DNA of 63,091 bases, counting the filler, from Reticulomyxa filosa (taxonomy: Eukaryota > Protista > Foraminifera), in assembly GCA_000512085.1 (NCBI GenBank). It is 15 parts of 15 records of this genome, joined end to end, with 100 filler letters (N's around TTAATTAATTAA, not from the genome) between each part and the next. Parts side by side here need not be neighbours in the genome. Positions count along the whole stretch, not along the records: positions 1 to 6,135 come from ASPP01022844.1; positions 6,236 to 7,565 come from ASPP01036790.1; positions 7,666 to 9,391 come from ASPP01015285.1; positions 9,492 to 12,947 come from ASPP01003042.1; 11 more parts are not named here. One strand, 5' to 3'. Below the pieces are notes generated by a model. It was given only the letters and a program-made list of their open reading frames with translations. It searched no databases and was not told the DNA's origin. How positions within the stretch are numbered: the first letter of the stretch is position 1; the number at the start of each line of letters is the position of its first letter. Below, one piece after another: positions 1-12,818 of this stretch. The translations under genes were made by a program, and so were the position numbers.

Positions 1-727
1 CATAAGTGATATTTAAAAGACTTTGACAATAATTTAAATCTTGACTGGAAAATGATAAAAATAACAAATGCAATTATGCAAAGGACAATGTTGGGGGGGA
101 TCTATGGGATGTAGTCATCTTGGACTGCTTAGATAATAACAAAATCAGAAATCTTTACCCAACTTTACATTCTATAAATCACTGTCTTATCATCAAATGA
201 AAATACAATCATTTGATCAATTGTATCGCACACCAATAAATGTAATTGTATCATTGTAAGAAAAAAATACAATGGCACTACTTGTCATCTTAAAATATTT
301 TATGCAAATGTTTGTTGAAATATTTCATATCAATTAATTTTTTGCCTGCTTTTTTAATGAATAAATTAGAAAATGGGAATAAACAAATTCATTCAAAACA
401 AACTTTATCTATGCTATTATTTGCATGTATTTATCTCCAAACACAAATTGAACCATAACCATAATTGATACAACTATCACCATTTGATTTTTCATTTATT
501 TTCTTTTTCAATTCTATAAACAACTTCACACTACTCTTTATTACAATGAATATCCAACAACAATACAGTATTTGTATATCCATTGAATGATTAAGTTTGT
601 TTGTTGTTAAATTCTATTTTAATGTTGTCAAGTGTCCTTGAGAGCCCCTTGAATGAATTTGATTTAAAAAAATCAGAACTTTTTTTCATCTTACATCACT
701 ATCTAACCCAATCTCAAAAGATCGCAA

Positions 728-2102
728 ATGATTACTTTTGTGAATAAAAAACTAGCTTCAATACAACAACCATTAGTAAGCTTCATTTTAATCTTTGAGA
801 AAGCTGGCTGTTTATATCTAACACATGTGACTTGTGATTAATCAGTTAGAAGAAAAAGAGGTCCAATTAATTATTCGACATTGGATTAGAATGCTACACA
901 TTAGATTTGGATGGATTCAAGACTTTGACAACTTGTTGTCAATTACGTTATGTCTTCTGTTTTATATTTGATGGCAAATAAAATATTCAGGTATTATTTG
1001 TTATCATCATCTAACACAGGCAGCGACAGTCCTAACGCTCGATATGTTTCGTTCAAAGTCTACATTACTCAAAACTTTTTACGGACACACAAGATTGGTA
1101 ACTAGTATTGATTACTCTACATTTGATTGCAATCAGTTCATTTGTTCTGGATCAGATGATTGTACAGTTCGTTTATGGGATATAGAAGAAAACAATAAAA
1201 TTCAATTATTCCATGGACATTCATCTGTAAATTGTGTAAAATATTCACCATATCATTATTATAATAATAGTTGCACCGTCATTTGTTTTTCGTCAAACGA
1301 CAAAACCATTCGTTTTTGGGATATCAAAGGCGGTCAAAAATTACGACTATTAGATGGACATACTGGAGCTGTTTGCGGTATTGAATTTTCACCATTTAAT
1401 GGTGGTAGATATTTGTGTTCTGGATCTTGTGACAATACTATTCGTTTATGGGATGTTGAAACATTCAAATCATTGCATGCATTTAATGGACATACAAGTG
1501 CTTGGTGTGTTGATATTTCACCATTACAAAGCAATAACAATAACAAGAATGAAAGTAGTGATATTGGTGTAATTGGTGGTAATGGGTATACCATTTGTTC
1601 TGGATCATGGGATAAAACTATTCGAATATGGGATATTGAAACGACCAAACAAACAATTGTATTCAAAAGACATGAAGGCTGTGTGTTGAGTGTAAAATAT
1701 GGACCAAATGAACTAGGAAATATTGGTTGTTCAAATACAATACTATCCGGATCTACTGATGAAAGTGTTCGTTTGTGGGATATTCGATCTGGTCAACAAA
1801 TTCAAGTTTTCAATGGACATACAGATAATGTGAATGCTGTTGAATATTCACCACTTGTAACAAAGCATAGTGTTGGTAATTCAAATGTGATATGTTCTGG
1901 ATCACAAGATAATACAATTCGTTTTTGGGATATTCGCTCGAATTATGGAGAATTGCATGTGATTAAAAGGTATAAAGAAGATATTGGAATAACATGTCTT
2001 AAATTTCTAAAATTAAAAAAGGACAAAAAAAGCAATAATCATGGCTGTGATATTAATTTGTGCTATGGATCAAACGACAATACAATTAGTATTTGGGGAT
2101 AG
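728..2102 (+). CDS. WD40-repeat protein (about 7 repeats), 3 exons (728-775, 846-946, 1020-2102); exon 2 is 1 nt short of frame
   Basis: ORF 1044-2102 has repeated GH...CSGSxDxTIRxWD motifs. GT-AG introns at 776-845 and 947-1019. Exon 2 reads LEEKEVQLIIRHWIRMLHIRFGWIQDFD and is 101 nt long, so one base is missing near 929 (error or pseudogenisation). Confidence 0.88.
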
Positions 2103-2356
2103 TATCATTTTTCCAACATAAGAAATTTATTTGCGTTTGACTGAGTGAATTAAATGAAATAATTTTCCTCCTATTAATATCAATATTTCATGTTTCTATT
2201 CCTCAGAAAAATTTAATTTGCAATTGTTCAAGTGCATTTATCACACAAATGGGATTGTGTACTTTTTAAACAATCATCCTTTTGAGCTCTTTTTCTTTGA
2301 AAGCAATCCTTAAAAAAATTAGCCTATTTACAAAACTTTGTGTACAAAAACAACGA

Positions 2357-5300
2357 TTAAAATATACCGCCACGTTGTCCTATAAGTAATTTTTGTTGAA
2401 TTGTTAAGCCTTTTATATTCTTCCAAATGCTATTCTTTATTGATAAACCACTTTGGAGGCCTACTCTCCAAATACAGTTCGCCAAATTAGTTTCTGCCAC
2501 ATCAATTACTTTATTACTCCATAATCGAATCGTCCTATCTTCTGAGTATGATATAATTTTTGATCTATCTGGAGATACTTGAATACCTTTAATTGCTCCG
2601 TTATGTCCTTCTAATAGTTGAATTTGTTTTCCTAAAGATAAGTCCCATATTCGTATAGTTCCATCCTTTGAGTATGAAATAATTTTAGAATTATCCAACG
2701 AAAATTGTACTCCCCATACAGAAGCTGAATGTCCTTCTAATATCTGAAGTTGTTTTCCAGATAATGAGTCCCATAGTCGAATTGTTTTATCACGTGAACA
2801 TGATACGATTCTAGAACCATCAGAAGAAAGTTGTGCTTTATTTACTGAATTAGAGTGTCCTTCTAATGATAGGAGCTGCTTTCCTGAGGATACAGACCAT
2901 ACTCGAATTGTATTATCATTTGAGCATGAAATGATATTAGTAGCATCTGGTACAAATTGTACTTTTAATACAGAATCTGAATGCCCTTCTAATATCTGAA
3001 GTTGTTTTCCAGATGATATATCCCATAATCGAATAGTACGATCTGATGAGCAAGAGACAATGTTAGATCCATCTGGAGAAAATTGTACTCCAGTTACATT
3101 ACCTGAATGTCCATTTAAGAATTGAATTTGTTTTCCGGACACTAGATCCCATATTCGAATAGTTGTATCTTTTGAATAGGATACTATTTTGGAACCATCT
3201 GGTGAAAATTGAACCCCATTTATATTATCCAAGTGTCCTTCTAATATTTTAAGTTGATTTCTAGACTGTACATCCCATATTCGAATTGTTCTATCTGCTG
3301 AATATGATATAATTTTGGAACCATCGAGTGAAAATAATGCTCCACGTACCCAATCTGAATGTCCCTCAAATACTTGAATTTGTCTTCCTGATTGCACATC
3401 CCATAATCGAATTGTTTTATCTACAGAACATGATACCATTTTGGAGCCATCGGGTGAAAATTTCGCTCTTGTCACAATATCTAAATACTCTTCTGCTAAC
3501 TGAATTTTTCTTTCTACAGTTATATCCCATATCCGAATTGTTCCATCATACGAGCATGATAAAAGTTTGGAATCTTTTGGAAAAAATTCCACTCCACTCA
3601 CAAAACTTGAATGTCCTTCTAATACTTGAAGTTGCTTTCCAGATGATACATCCCATATTCGAATTGTATTATCATTTGATCCAGATACAATTTTGGAGCC
3701 ATCAAATGAAAATCTTGCTACATTTATCCAACTTGAATGCCCTTCTAAAACTTGAAATTGTTTTCCAGATAAGAGATCCCATATTCGAATTGTATTATCA
3801 TCTGAATAGGATAATATTTTTGTTTTATCTGGTGATAATTCAACTCCATTTACTCGTTTTGAATGCCCTTCAAATGTTTGGATCAGTTGACTTGAAGAAG
3901 ATATATCCCATATTCGAACAGTTTTGTCTTCTGAACAGGTTATAATTTTTGATTCATTATATAAAAATTTTACCTCTTTTACACTCTTTAAATGTCCTTC
4001 TATTATTTGTAATTGTTTTCCTGACAATACATCCCATATTCGAATTGTTTTATCCGCTGAACATGATACAACTTTAGAACTATCTGATGAAAATTGTACG
4101 GAATGTACTACCTCTAAATGTCCTTTCAATGTTTGAATTTGTTTTCCGGAATGCACATCCCATATTTGAATGGTTTTATCTTTTGAGCGGGATACAATCT
4201 TAGAATCATCTAATGAAAATTGTACATCAATTACACTGTCTGAATGCCCTTCCAATATTTGAATCTGTTGACCTGAAGATACATCCCATATTCGAATTGT
4301 TTTATCTTTTGAAGAGGATACAATTTTAGAACCGTCAGAAGAAAATCGTGCTTTTGTTACATAATCTAAATGTCCTTTTAATAATTGAAGTTGCTTTCCT
4401 GATGACACATCCCATATCTGAATCGTTTTATCTCTTGAATATGATAATATTATTGCTCCATCTGGAGAAAATTGTATTCCACTTACACGTTGTAAATGTC
4501 CTTCCAAATAAGCGTGTTCTCCAAAATAAATTTCATTCATTGATGCATTTGTGAAGTTGACATTGTTTAAACAAGATTGAGCAAAACGAACATGATTTTA
4601 AATTGGCATTACTTAAATCTGTTCCTTCTAGAAATGCATGGTCTAGAATTGCGTGAGGAATTTTAATATTACTCCAATTTCGGTTGTGCATATTGACATT
4701 TGCTGAATTAAGTATAGTAATAGCATTTGCTGCTGCAATACTGACTTGCTCACTGTTTTTTGATGATTCAATGATTCGAAACAATCTTGACTTTAAATTT
4801 ACAAATATTGGATTGATATTGTCATGAATTCTCTCTGCGATAAATTGAATAATTCCTAGTTCTTCATTTAATAATTTATAATTGATAGATAATTTTGGAA
4901 CATAATCTTCAAATTGCTGTTGAAATTGTTGATTATTAATATCATCAACAATATTGGGTTTCCACGAAATGATATCAGACATTATTTTTTGTGCTGTATA
5001 ATATTCTTGACATGATTTATGTAAAAATTGATATTTATTGTCACCAACTCTTCTCAATACATATTTCGCAATACTGTCGCCATTGAAATATTGTTTCCAA
5101 ATATCTTGTGTTTTTACAGCATGAGTTACACAATCATTTGCTTGAAAATCAATTTTTTCATCTTCATTTGATGGATCTAATTTGCTCAAAATTTCGTTAT
5201 TTATATGTGTTATAATATAACTTTCCGTCGCAACTTGATTCCCTTGAATGAACATTTCAAACCCTAAATCTTGACAATATTGTTGAAATGCATATTTAAT

Positions 5301-6110
5301 TTTTTTTGGACTTGTTTGAACTCTTAATTCTGATAATTTATTTGAAATTTCCTTTACATGAATATCAATCCATTGTTCATTAAAGGCTTCATACACTTGT
5401 GCTTTTGATATTTTAGTTCCAATGGAATGTCGTTTCATCAATGATGGCAATACTGTTAAAATCATTCGAAGTAAAAATGGTTCTTCCATCATTTTATTTA
5501 AATTTGGGTAATTTTTTAATGTTTCTTCATATTGCTGTGTTGTCCAATCTAAGTTATTATTCATTTTTACGAATTTGTCAATGTAACCTTTCATTTGTTC
5601 TTTTGAAAAAGGCCATAAATATACCATTGACGTTGTCAGATTATTTGAACCAATTAAAACTTGTTTGATTTCTTCATTATTTAATACATGACTTCGACAA
5701 GTGGCAATAATTTTTGCATTCCATTCATTTAAATTAAATCTATCATAAAAATATTTTCCATTACTATTATTTTTATTATATTTATCAAATATTTCATCAA
5801 AGCCATCTAAAATAAATATAAATGAAATATTTTCACGAATAATGTCAATTATTTCTTTGTTGATTTGTTTCATTTGTAGAGCTTGAGAAATGATTTGTTT
5901 TTCATTTAATTCATTATAGCACTTTGGCAATGAGATGTAAATTGGAATGAATAGCTTAGAATCATTTAGATATGATTTCCATAAAGACTCTTCCAAATGA
6001 CGACAAAATAAACTTTTTCCTGATCCTGATTTTCCTTGTAATATCAAAACTTTTTTTTCTTCTTTTTCTTCCGTTAGTAAATCAAATATATGTTGATGAC
6101 AATCATACAC
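2357..6110 (-). CDS. STAND/NACHT NTPase + pentapeptide repeats + 16 WD40 repeats (NLR-like); 5'-truncated, one frameshift at about 4597
   Basis: Walker A GKSGSGKS, Walker B FILDGFDE, PFLL and FLHKSCQEY motifs, pentapeptide stretch (AILDHAFLEGTDLSNANL), then 16 x 42-aa WD40. Removing one T from the run at 4596-4599 joins the two ORFs and matches the paralog at 48058 (NLxHVRFxQSCLxxVNFTNASMN). Confidence 0.92.
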
Positions 6111-6135
6111 ATTACTATTATTTATATTATTATTA

Positions 6136-6235
6136 NNNNNNNNNNNNNNNNNNNNNNNNNNNNNNNNNNNNNNNNNNNNTTAATTAATTAANNNNNNNNN
6201 NNNNNNNNNNNNNNNNNNNNNNNNNNNNNNNNNNN
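6136..6235. other. Artificial contig spacer (44 N + TTAATTAATTAA + 44 N); also at 7566, 9392, 12948, 14537, 23339, 28389, 31065, 35988, 37255, 43456, 47937, 60272, 61876
   Basis: The same 100-bp structure occurs 14 times. The 12-mer puts stop codons in all six frames. Confidence 0.99.
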
Positions 6236-6262
6236 AAAAAAAAAAAAAAAGATATAATGTAT

Positions 6263-6991
6263 TTAAGTATAATCAATGAAGTATAACTCCAAAGCCATAA
6301 AATATCCAATTACAACGACCGTCGTCAGCCGACGAAAAATGTAGGCGCAAAAATATCGTAAAGCCTCGGCACCTATATTGACACAGTGTAATACTGGTAA
6401 ATAGAAATGGAGGCTATTTCGTTCATCCACGATGAACGACTTCACCAGTCCTGCGATTTCAATGGCGTGATGATATGCCAAGCAACATTCGACGACAAAC
6501 ACATTGCCATCGGTGTGGTCTTCGTTGCTTGCATCATCCGCCCGCCTACTGAACTTTTGCTGCGATGTCGATCGCATCTCTAATTTGAAAAAAGTGCGCA
6601 GACGGCTGACAGGCTCCACCACGACACCGGAATCCACCATTCCAACCACCAACCAAGAATAACCAGGAACCCATAAATCACAATACACACGAATAATCTA
6701 TTTTTCATAACGCTCCAAACTTTTAGTCTTCAAAAAAAAAAACAAAAATAAACAAAAATAAAAAAAATCATTTCTTTGACCTTTCTGGAGTGATGTCGAC
6801 GTTGATTCCAACGAATCACTGGAATCTTGACACGACGACTTTGAAAACCGTTCCGAAAAGGGGAGGAAAAGGTTCATCTTTAACAACGATCTCAACTTTT
6901 TCACTCGAAAAGCATTTTGTTTTTGTGTACAATCAATTATCAAAATTAAATTGATGCCTAGTGGTAATGCAATATTTTTTGAGACGCACAC
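6263..6991 (-). CDS. Hypothetical protein, 5' fragment
   Basis: Higher-GC, coding-like ORFs 6263-6688 and 6698-6991 separated by an AT-rich putative intron. No family recognised. Confidence 0.3.
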
Positions 6992-7702
6992 AAGTGATAT
7001 CTATTTCAAGTGATTGAAAAAGTAATATTTCTTTAATACTATCACATATCATTCGTTATTTAGTCTAGTCAATCCTTTGCTATGTGGATAAAAAATTTTA
7101 ATTTTTTAACACTGGAATTTCTTACATGAGAAGAGAAAAAAAGGATGATAGTGGCATAAACAAAAATTAAAAAATGTGTAAGTTCAATAGAAAGGGAACA
7201 AGAAATATCAAAGTCATTTTTGTATCTACTGAAGTTGCAAAATTTTGTGCTGAGCCAAACGAAATGAAGAGTAAAAAAAAATACATATAAACCCAATTCA
7301 TTGAATGCAAATTCGAGTGATAAATTATTATTGGATGCAATATATATTGTTTTACTACGTGTTTCACAAAAAAATAATAAAAAAATGAAACAAAAATGGA
7401 TTGCATTGTTATTTAAAAAAATAATTGAAAATTTTACTTGGTTGTCAATGAATCAGATGAAGAAGGTGGTAGGCTAACCAACTCAGAGATTCGAGACTCA
7501 AGTTCATTAATTTTATTTTCCAATGTTTGATTGTCTTTGGTCAATTTATTTTTCACATCGAAAAGNNNNNNNNNNNNNNNNNNNNNNNNNNNNNNNNNNN
7601 NNNNNNNNNTTAATTAATTAANNNNNNNNNNNNNNNNNNNNNNNNNNNNNNNNNNNNNNNNNNNNAATAAATAAATATACATATATATATATATGTATAT
7701 TT

Positions 7703-7733
<31 letters not shown>

Positions 7734-7770
7734 CTTTTCTTTTGTTACTCTTTGTTGTCTGCATTTGAAG

Positions 7771-9391
7771 GTATCTTGATTTCATTGAAGGCCCCCATCG
7801 AATGCGCAAAATATTGAAGCGTTACACCGAGTTCCTTCGAGATTACAAGATCAACCAGAAAAAGTTTTTGGAGATGCTTTCTCAAAACAAGTCGGTGCAA
7901 GAATTTATGGAGCTGTGCTATTCCCACAACGGACAACCTCCGTCCTCGCCAAAGGGGCAATTGCCAGGTACCGACCCGCTCTCGTATCCCCCCACTGGCA
8001 ATCAGAGCCGCGCCGATACTCCTGTCTTGCAATCGCCTGCGCGTTCCAAAGAAGAGGCGAATACACAAAATCGTTCTCCGAAAAAAGAGGACGAGTCGGA
8101 TATGAAGGAAGTGGACGCTGTGGTAGCCAATGAAGAGGAGACCGAGGCAGATGAAGACACGCTCAACTTCGAAGACAACAATAAGGAAAAAGACAAAGAC
8201 AAAAATAAAGATGCAGACAATACCAACGACGAGAAGGAAGACAGAGACGAAATCTCGGAAAAAGACGCCAACGGAGAGAATGATACGACTTTGGAGTTAC
8301 TCCAAGATGTGATGCAATCCTTCCAGAGCAACATGCGCAGCCTTGCATCCGAGAAAAGCGACGAAATGGAGTCACCTCTATATTTCATCGAAGAAAAGTA
8401 TGCAGCGGAAAAGGATACAGATAGCAAAGCGGCAGAGATCACAGACAGCAGTATGTTGATATTGCCCGAGAGCAGTGAAAGAAAGAGGCAGTCACAAGTT
8501 GAAACTGCAAGCACGTCTCAAACACTTGTAGAGCCAAAAGAAGAAAAAGAAAAGGAAGAGGAAAAAGGAGAAAAAAAAAGAAAACCAAAGAGAACAAGAA
8601 AACAACAAAGAAGAAGAAGAAGAAGAAGAAGAAGAAGAAGAAAATGAAGCGTTACCATTTGAAAAAGAAGAAGACATAACCGATTTAATTGTACGCAAAA
8701 ACGACAAAACGATAGGCCTTGTGCAAAGAATGTCGAGGGTGTTGAAGTCAGGAGACATCTTTCACTCTTCGTCCACGTACAATTGCGGTACTGTCAGCGG
8801 TTTGAACCGAGACGACGGTATTATCCTGCTCTGCAACACCGCAATGTACTTTTTCTACCATATCGAATTTGATTCAAAAAATTGTTAAGTTTTGTGTGTG
8901 CATGTGCAAGATCAAACTTTAAAAGTGTCGACATATTGTTTTTTAGCTGAAAACAGATGAGTGGAATGTATATGTGTATATATGTATATATGTATATATG
9001 TATATATGTATATACATTGAAAAGGTGAATTGAAAGAGATTCAAACCAAGACACGAAAGGGAATCGAGTTTACGACATCCTTTGACATGACTAATCCACA
9101 ATTGGGACCATTGCTGACAATAACAAAGAAACCAAAAAAAGGCAAATCTGAAACCAATAGCATCCCCTTTGAATAGCATGAACCTTGGCCACGATACAGT
9201 CAGCGTAAAGGCATCAGAAGAAGACGCCATGGAACATAAGGAACCCTTGAGATTTACATATGAAAGCTTGCGTGAAGTTTACAAGCGACAGTATCAGCTG
9301 TCAGCAAATTGCCATTGAGTTTTTCTGTTCAATGCTCCAACTTTTTGCTCATCTTTGCAAAGCGCGAGTTTAGTTGTTTTTTTTAAAAAAA
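7771..9391 (+). CDS. BEACH-domain family protein (ALFY/WDFY3/Lvs-like), fragment containing the BEACH-type PH domain
   Basis: YLDFIEGPHRMRKILKR (cf. EGPxRMRKK preceding PH-BEACH), then an acidic linker. After an A-run frameshift at 8571-8579 it reads YNCGTVSGLNRDDGIILLCNTAMYFF. After an intron it reads RFTYESLREVYKRQYQLSA(IAIEFF) (cf. FAYEDIKEVHKRRYLLQPIAVEVF). Confidence 0.82.
8609..8643 (+). repeat. (GAA)n microsatellite encoding poly-Glu in the BEACH-protein linker
   Basis: About 11 tandem GAA units read directly from the sequence. Confidence 0.9.
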
Positions 9392-10760
9392 NNNNNNNNN
9401 NNNNNNNNNNNNNNNNNNNNNNNNNNNNNNNNNNNTTAATTAATTAANNNNNNNNNNNNNNNNNNNNNNNNNNNNNNNNNNNNNNNNNNNNCAGATCATG
9501 GGGATAATAAAAATTACTTTTTTCTCGATTTTGTAAATTTGTAACAAATAAATGTTTAGAAAATGCTTTAGCTTGGTTCAATTCAATTTTTTTTAGTGCA
9601 TAAGTATGTTTTAATTTTGGAGAAAATTGAAAATACTTATTTTCGAATTCAAAGACTTTTAACTAAAAAAACTCCAATTTATCAATCCACGTAAACAAAT
9701 GGAACCATTATGTTTTACTTTTGTTGAATATTTTACACTTACTGTATATTGATATTTTAAATAATTAATTCTTTTGTGGTTTCGACATCCCATAAACGAA
9801 TAGTATTATCACATATTAATGGTAAGAATTTAAAACTACAATATGTGTGTCCATTAAAAATTTGAAATTGCTTAGTAGTTTGTAAATCTCAAAAATAAAT
9901 AGTTATATCACTCTAAGCAGAACAAATAATTAGACGACTAGTGTTATGATAAGAGGAAAATTTTACACAATTCACATAACTCAAATGTCAGTTGAATATT
10001 TTTGCTGTTCAATAGTATTATACATGAATTGTCAAATGACAGCATAAACAAACAGAATATTATCTTCATTTATGGCCAGTTTTTATCAAAGCATGATTGC
10101 TCTACAAGAATGTATCTTAAGTTGTTAAAAAAGTTATGACAGAAGTTTTGTGCAAATTGAACAAAAAAATAGATAAAATTGGAACTGAAAAAATTTTAAA
10201 AAACAAGCTTTTTAATAATACATAAAATCACTCTTAATAGTATTTTATTCTTCTAATACGTAGTCCTTTATCATTGTATTTGCACAAATTATTTTTCACG
10301 CTGTGCAAGCGCAGACATTAATAATCGTTGATGAAAGTAACAGTCTTTTTATTTGTGTACTACTTACAGTTTAACTACCTTTGTTCAGTCAATTTGAGGT
10401 TAAAATTCTCTTAAATTTTGTGATCAACGACTATTTATCACAAATCTTGAGCCATGTCATTTGGAACTCGTTACACAAATTTTGCTTAGGATTACAGTTG
10501 AGCTTTACCGAAAACGATCGCATGTCTAAAAGTTCAAAGTTTTTTAAAAGTTTTGATCTGTTCAATCATGAAATGATTGAAAATGTTTCTAAAAAAGAGT
10601 TTTGGAAGAGATCTAAACGAAACTGGTGGCAGTTTACTTTTGTTAGAAACACAAATGGTTTTAGCACAAATGAGAACGAAAACGCAGCACCACATTTGGT
10701 AATAAGTAATTTTTACTATCACAAACAAATGAACCAAATGAATGAAAACAACAAAAATAG

Positions 10761-11806
10761 TCAGAAGAAGAAATAACAATAATTATTCAAAATTGGATTG
10801 GAAATTTGAACGTAAGACTTGGATGGATTCATGATTTTGATATAATTGTCGCAAAATATGTAAATTGTTATTTTGTGTTTTTTTGTGATTTATTTAATAA
10901 TCAATCATCCATATGAAAATACAGGCAAAACATTATGAATTGTTGAAAATTATACAAGGACGTGACACTACGGTAAGCAATGTTAAGTATTCATCAGACG
11001 GTCAAAAAATTGTTTTCGTATCATTTGATAGAATAATTCGAATATGGGATATTGTATCAGAAAAACAAATTCAAATCTTTAGAGGTCATTCTAGTGCTGT
11101 TCATGTTGCAGAGTTTTCATCAAATGGAAATATTATTGTATCATGTTCACATGATAAGACAATTCGGTTATGGGATGTAAAATTAGGAAAAGAAATAATG
11201 AAATTAGAAGGACATTCGAATTTTGTTTTAGACGTAAATTTTTCTTCTGACAGTAAATATGTTGTATCATGTTCTCTTGATAAAACAATTCGAATATGGG
11301 ACACATATTCTGGAAAAGAGGTTCAAAAATTAATTGGTCATTCGGATGGTATACTTAATGCTCAATTTTCATCAGATGATCGGATGATCGTTTCATCAGA
11401 TGGTGAAACAATTCTTTTATGGGATGTTCAATCTGGAAAAATAATTAAAGAATTAAAAAGTGATTTCAATTTTGTTATACGTGCAAAATTTTCTCCAGAT
11501 AATAGATTTGTTGCAGCTTGTTCATTTGATAAAATTATTCGAATATGGGATGTACAGTCAGGAAAAGAAATTCAACAATTTAAAGGACATACAGCTGTTG
11601 TTAATGAAATTCAATTTTTTCCAAATGGTCAAACTATTGTATCTTGTTCAGATGATAAAACAATTCGTTTGTGGGATATTCATTCAGGGTCTGAAATACA
11701 ATGTTTAAAAGAAAATCTCAGATCTGTAAAAAGTGTAGATATTTCACCAGATGGTTCTTCTATTGTATCATGTTCAGATGATAAGACAATACGAATATGG
11801 GGATAA
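10761..11806 (+). CDS. WD40-repeat protein (7 repeats) with the conserved N-terminal exon (10761-10859; intron 10860-10924)
   Basis: Exon SEEEITIIIQNWIGNLNVRLGWIHDFDIIVAKY splices in frame to AKHYELLK..., followed by 7 x 42-aa GH..SCSxDKTIRxWD repeats ending in WG*. A short upstream exon probably ends at 10698. Confidence 0.9.
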
Positions 11807-12462
11807 CAAACTTGCACAACACAAACAACAGACATCTTTCTAATTAATAAATAAACTATATATGCTCACAAATGAAATAAACATGCTTTCACTTTGATTT
11901 AAGTTTGGTCATTACTTTTAATAGTTTTCTTTGTTGTGGAGTTTATATGTATGCAAAGTCAAGTCCGTTGGACTTTTTACGTAACAAAAGAGTTGACATA
12001 TCATCAAATATACGTTTTCTACTTCGTCTCAGCCATAAAGACACTGAATACACTTTAAAATTTGACCGATTTTTGAGTATAGACCAGTTTGCCAGAAAAA
12101 AAGGAAATACATTTGTAGCGATATTCTTGCAAGTAGTTTTTGTCATTATTTGCTTGCAGTTTGTGTGTAAGCATTTTTACGGTTCTCTTGAGTGCTATTG
12201 GCCGGCGGAACCTTGCTCTGCGTAACTTCAACATAAATCTAAAATACCACGAGCAGGAATCCAGGATCCGAACAACCAAGAAAAGACAAAAGACAGCGAA
12301 AGGAGTAAATACTAATCAACATTCTAAAACGAAAACAAATCATTGTTACGTACTTAATGCAAAAATAAGATGAGCGAGCAAAAAATGACAAGGTTTTCTT
12401 TTTGTCTGGGTAATTTTTTTAAAAAAACCTAGATTTGAAGCTTACTTTCAAATTAAGGGAAG

Positions 12463-12818
12463 ATGGATACATTATCGGCATTATCATCATTAGATGGTTC
12501 CCGACTCCCTTGTGGTGTACTTGAAGAATTTGTGTTGGCTTTAGATCGAAATGCAGTTCTCACAGACGAGAACAAAGAAAACGAGAAGAACGACAACGAG
12601 GACAAAAAGAAGAAGCTATTGGTTCCAGGATCGAGCGAGCACACATATTATCGACTGTTGCAGTTATCAAATGAAATTGGACAAATGGTGTTGGACAAGT
12701 CGAGCGACAGTCAAAAATTGGAGACAAGTATCAAAGCATTTGACAAGATCGTCGCAGGGTTGGAAGAAAAAGCAAAGCAAGACTCATCGTACGAGATTCC
12801 ATCGGACGTTGTCAAATG
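12463..12818 (+). CDS. First exon of an uncharacterised protein (EEFVLAxDR...LVPGSSEHTYYRLL)
   Basis: ATG-initiated, coding-like ORF ending at a GT donor (gttagg) near the contig end. Confidence 0.6.

Noticed and set aside
2520-4510. 126-bp periodic repeats as a CRISPR array or DGR target
   Set aside because: These are coding WD40 units. There is no repeat-spacer structure, cas gene, template repeat or intact RT.
4533-4600. Programmed frameshifting or a split NACHT + WD40 two-gene system
   Set aside because: The paralog is continuous at this point and breaks elsewhere (49405-49407). This and other breaks (8571-8579, 9306-9308, 34261-34264, about 59620, 60107-60109) fall in homopolymer runs, which is typical of pyrosequencing-type errors.
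6136-6235. Recurrent TTAATTAATTAA flanked by Ns as a biological repeat or CRISPR-like array
   Set aside because: It is an invariant 100-bp all-frame-stop linker added during contig concatenation. It also invalidates any gene-neighbourhood argument across spacers.
8560-8647. Poly-Arg C-terminus on ORF 7802-8647
   Set aside because: This is an out-of-frame reading of a (GAA)n poly-Glu tract after an A-run frameshift. The real frame continues into the PH-BEACH domain.
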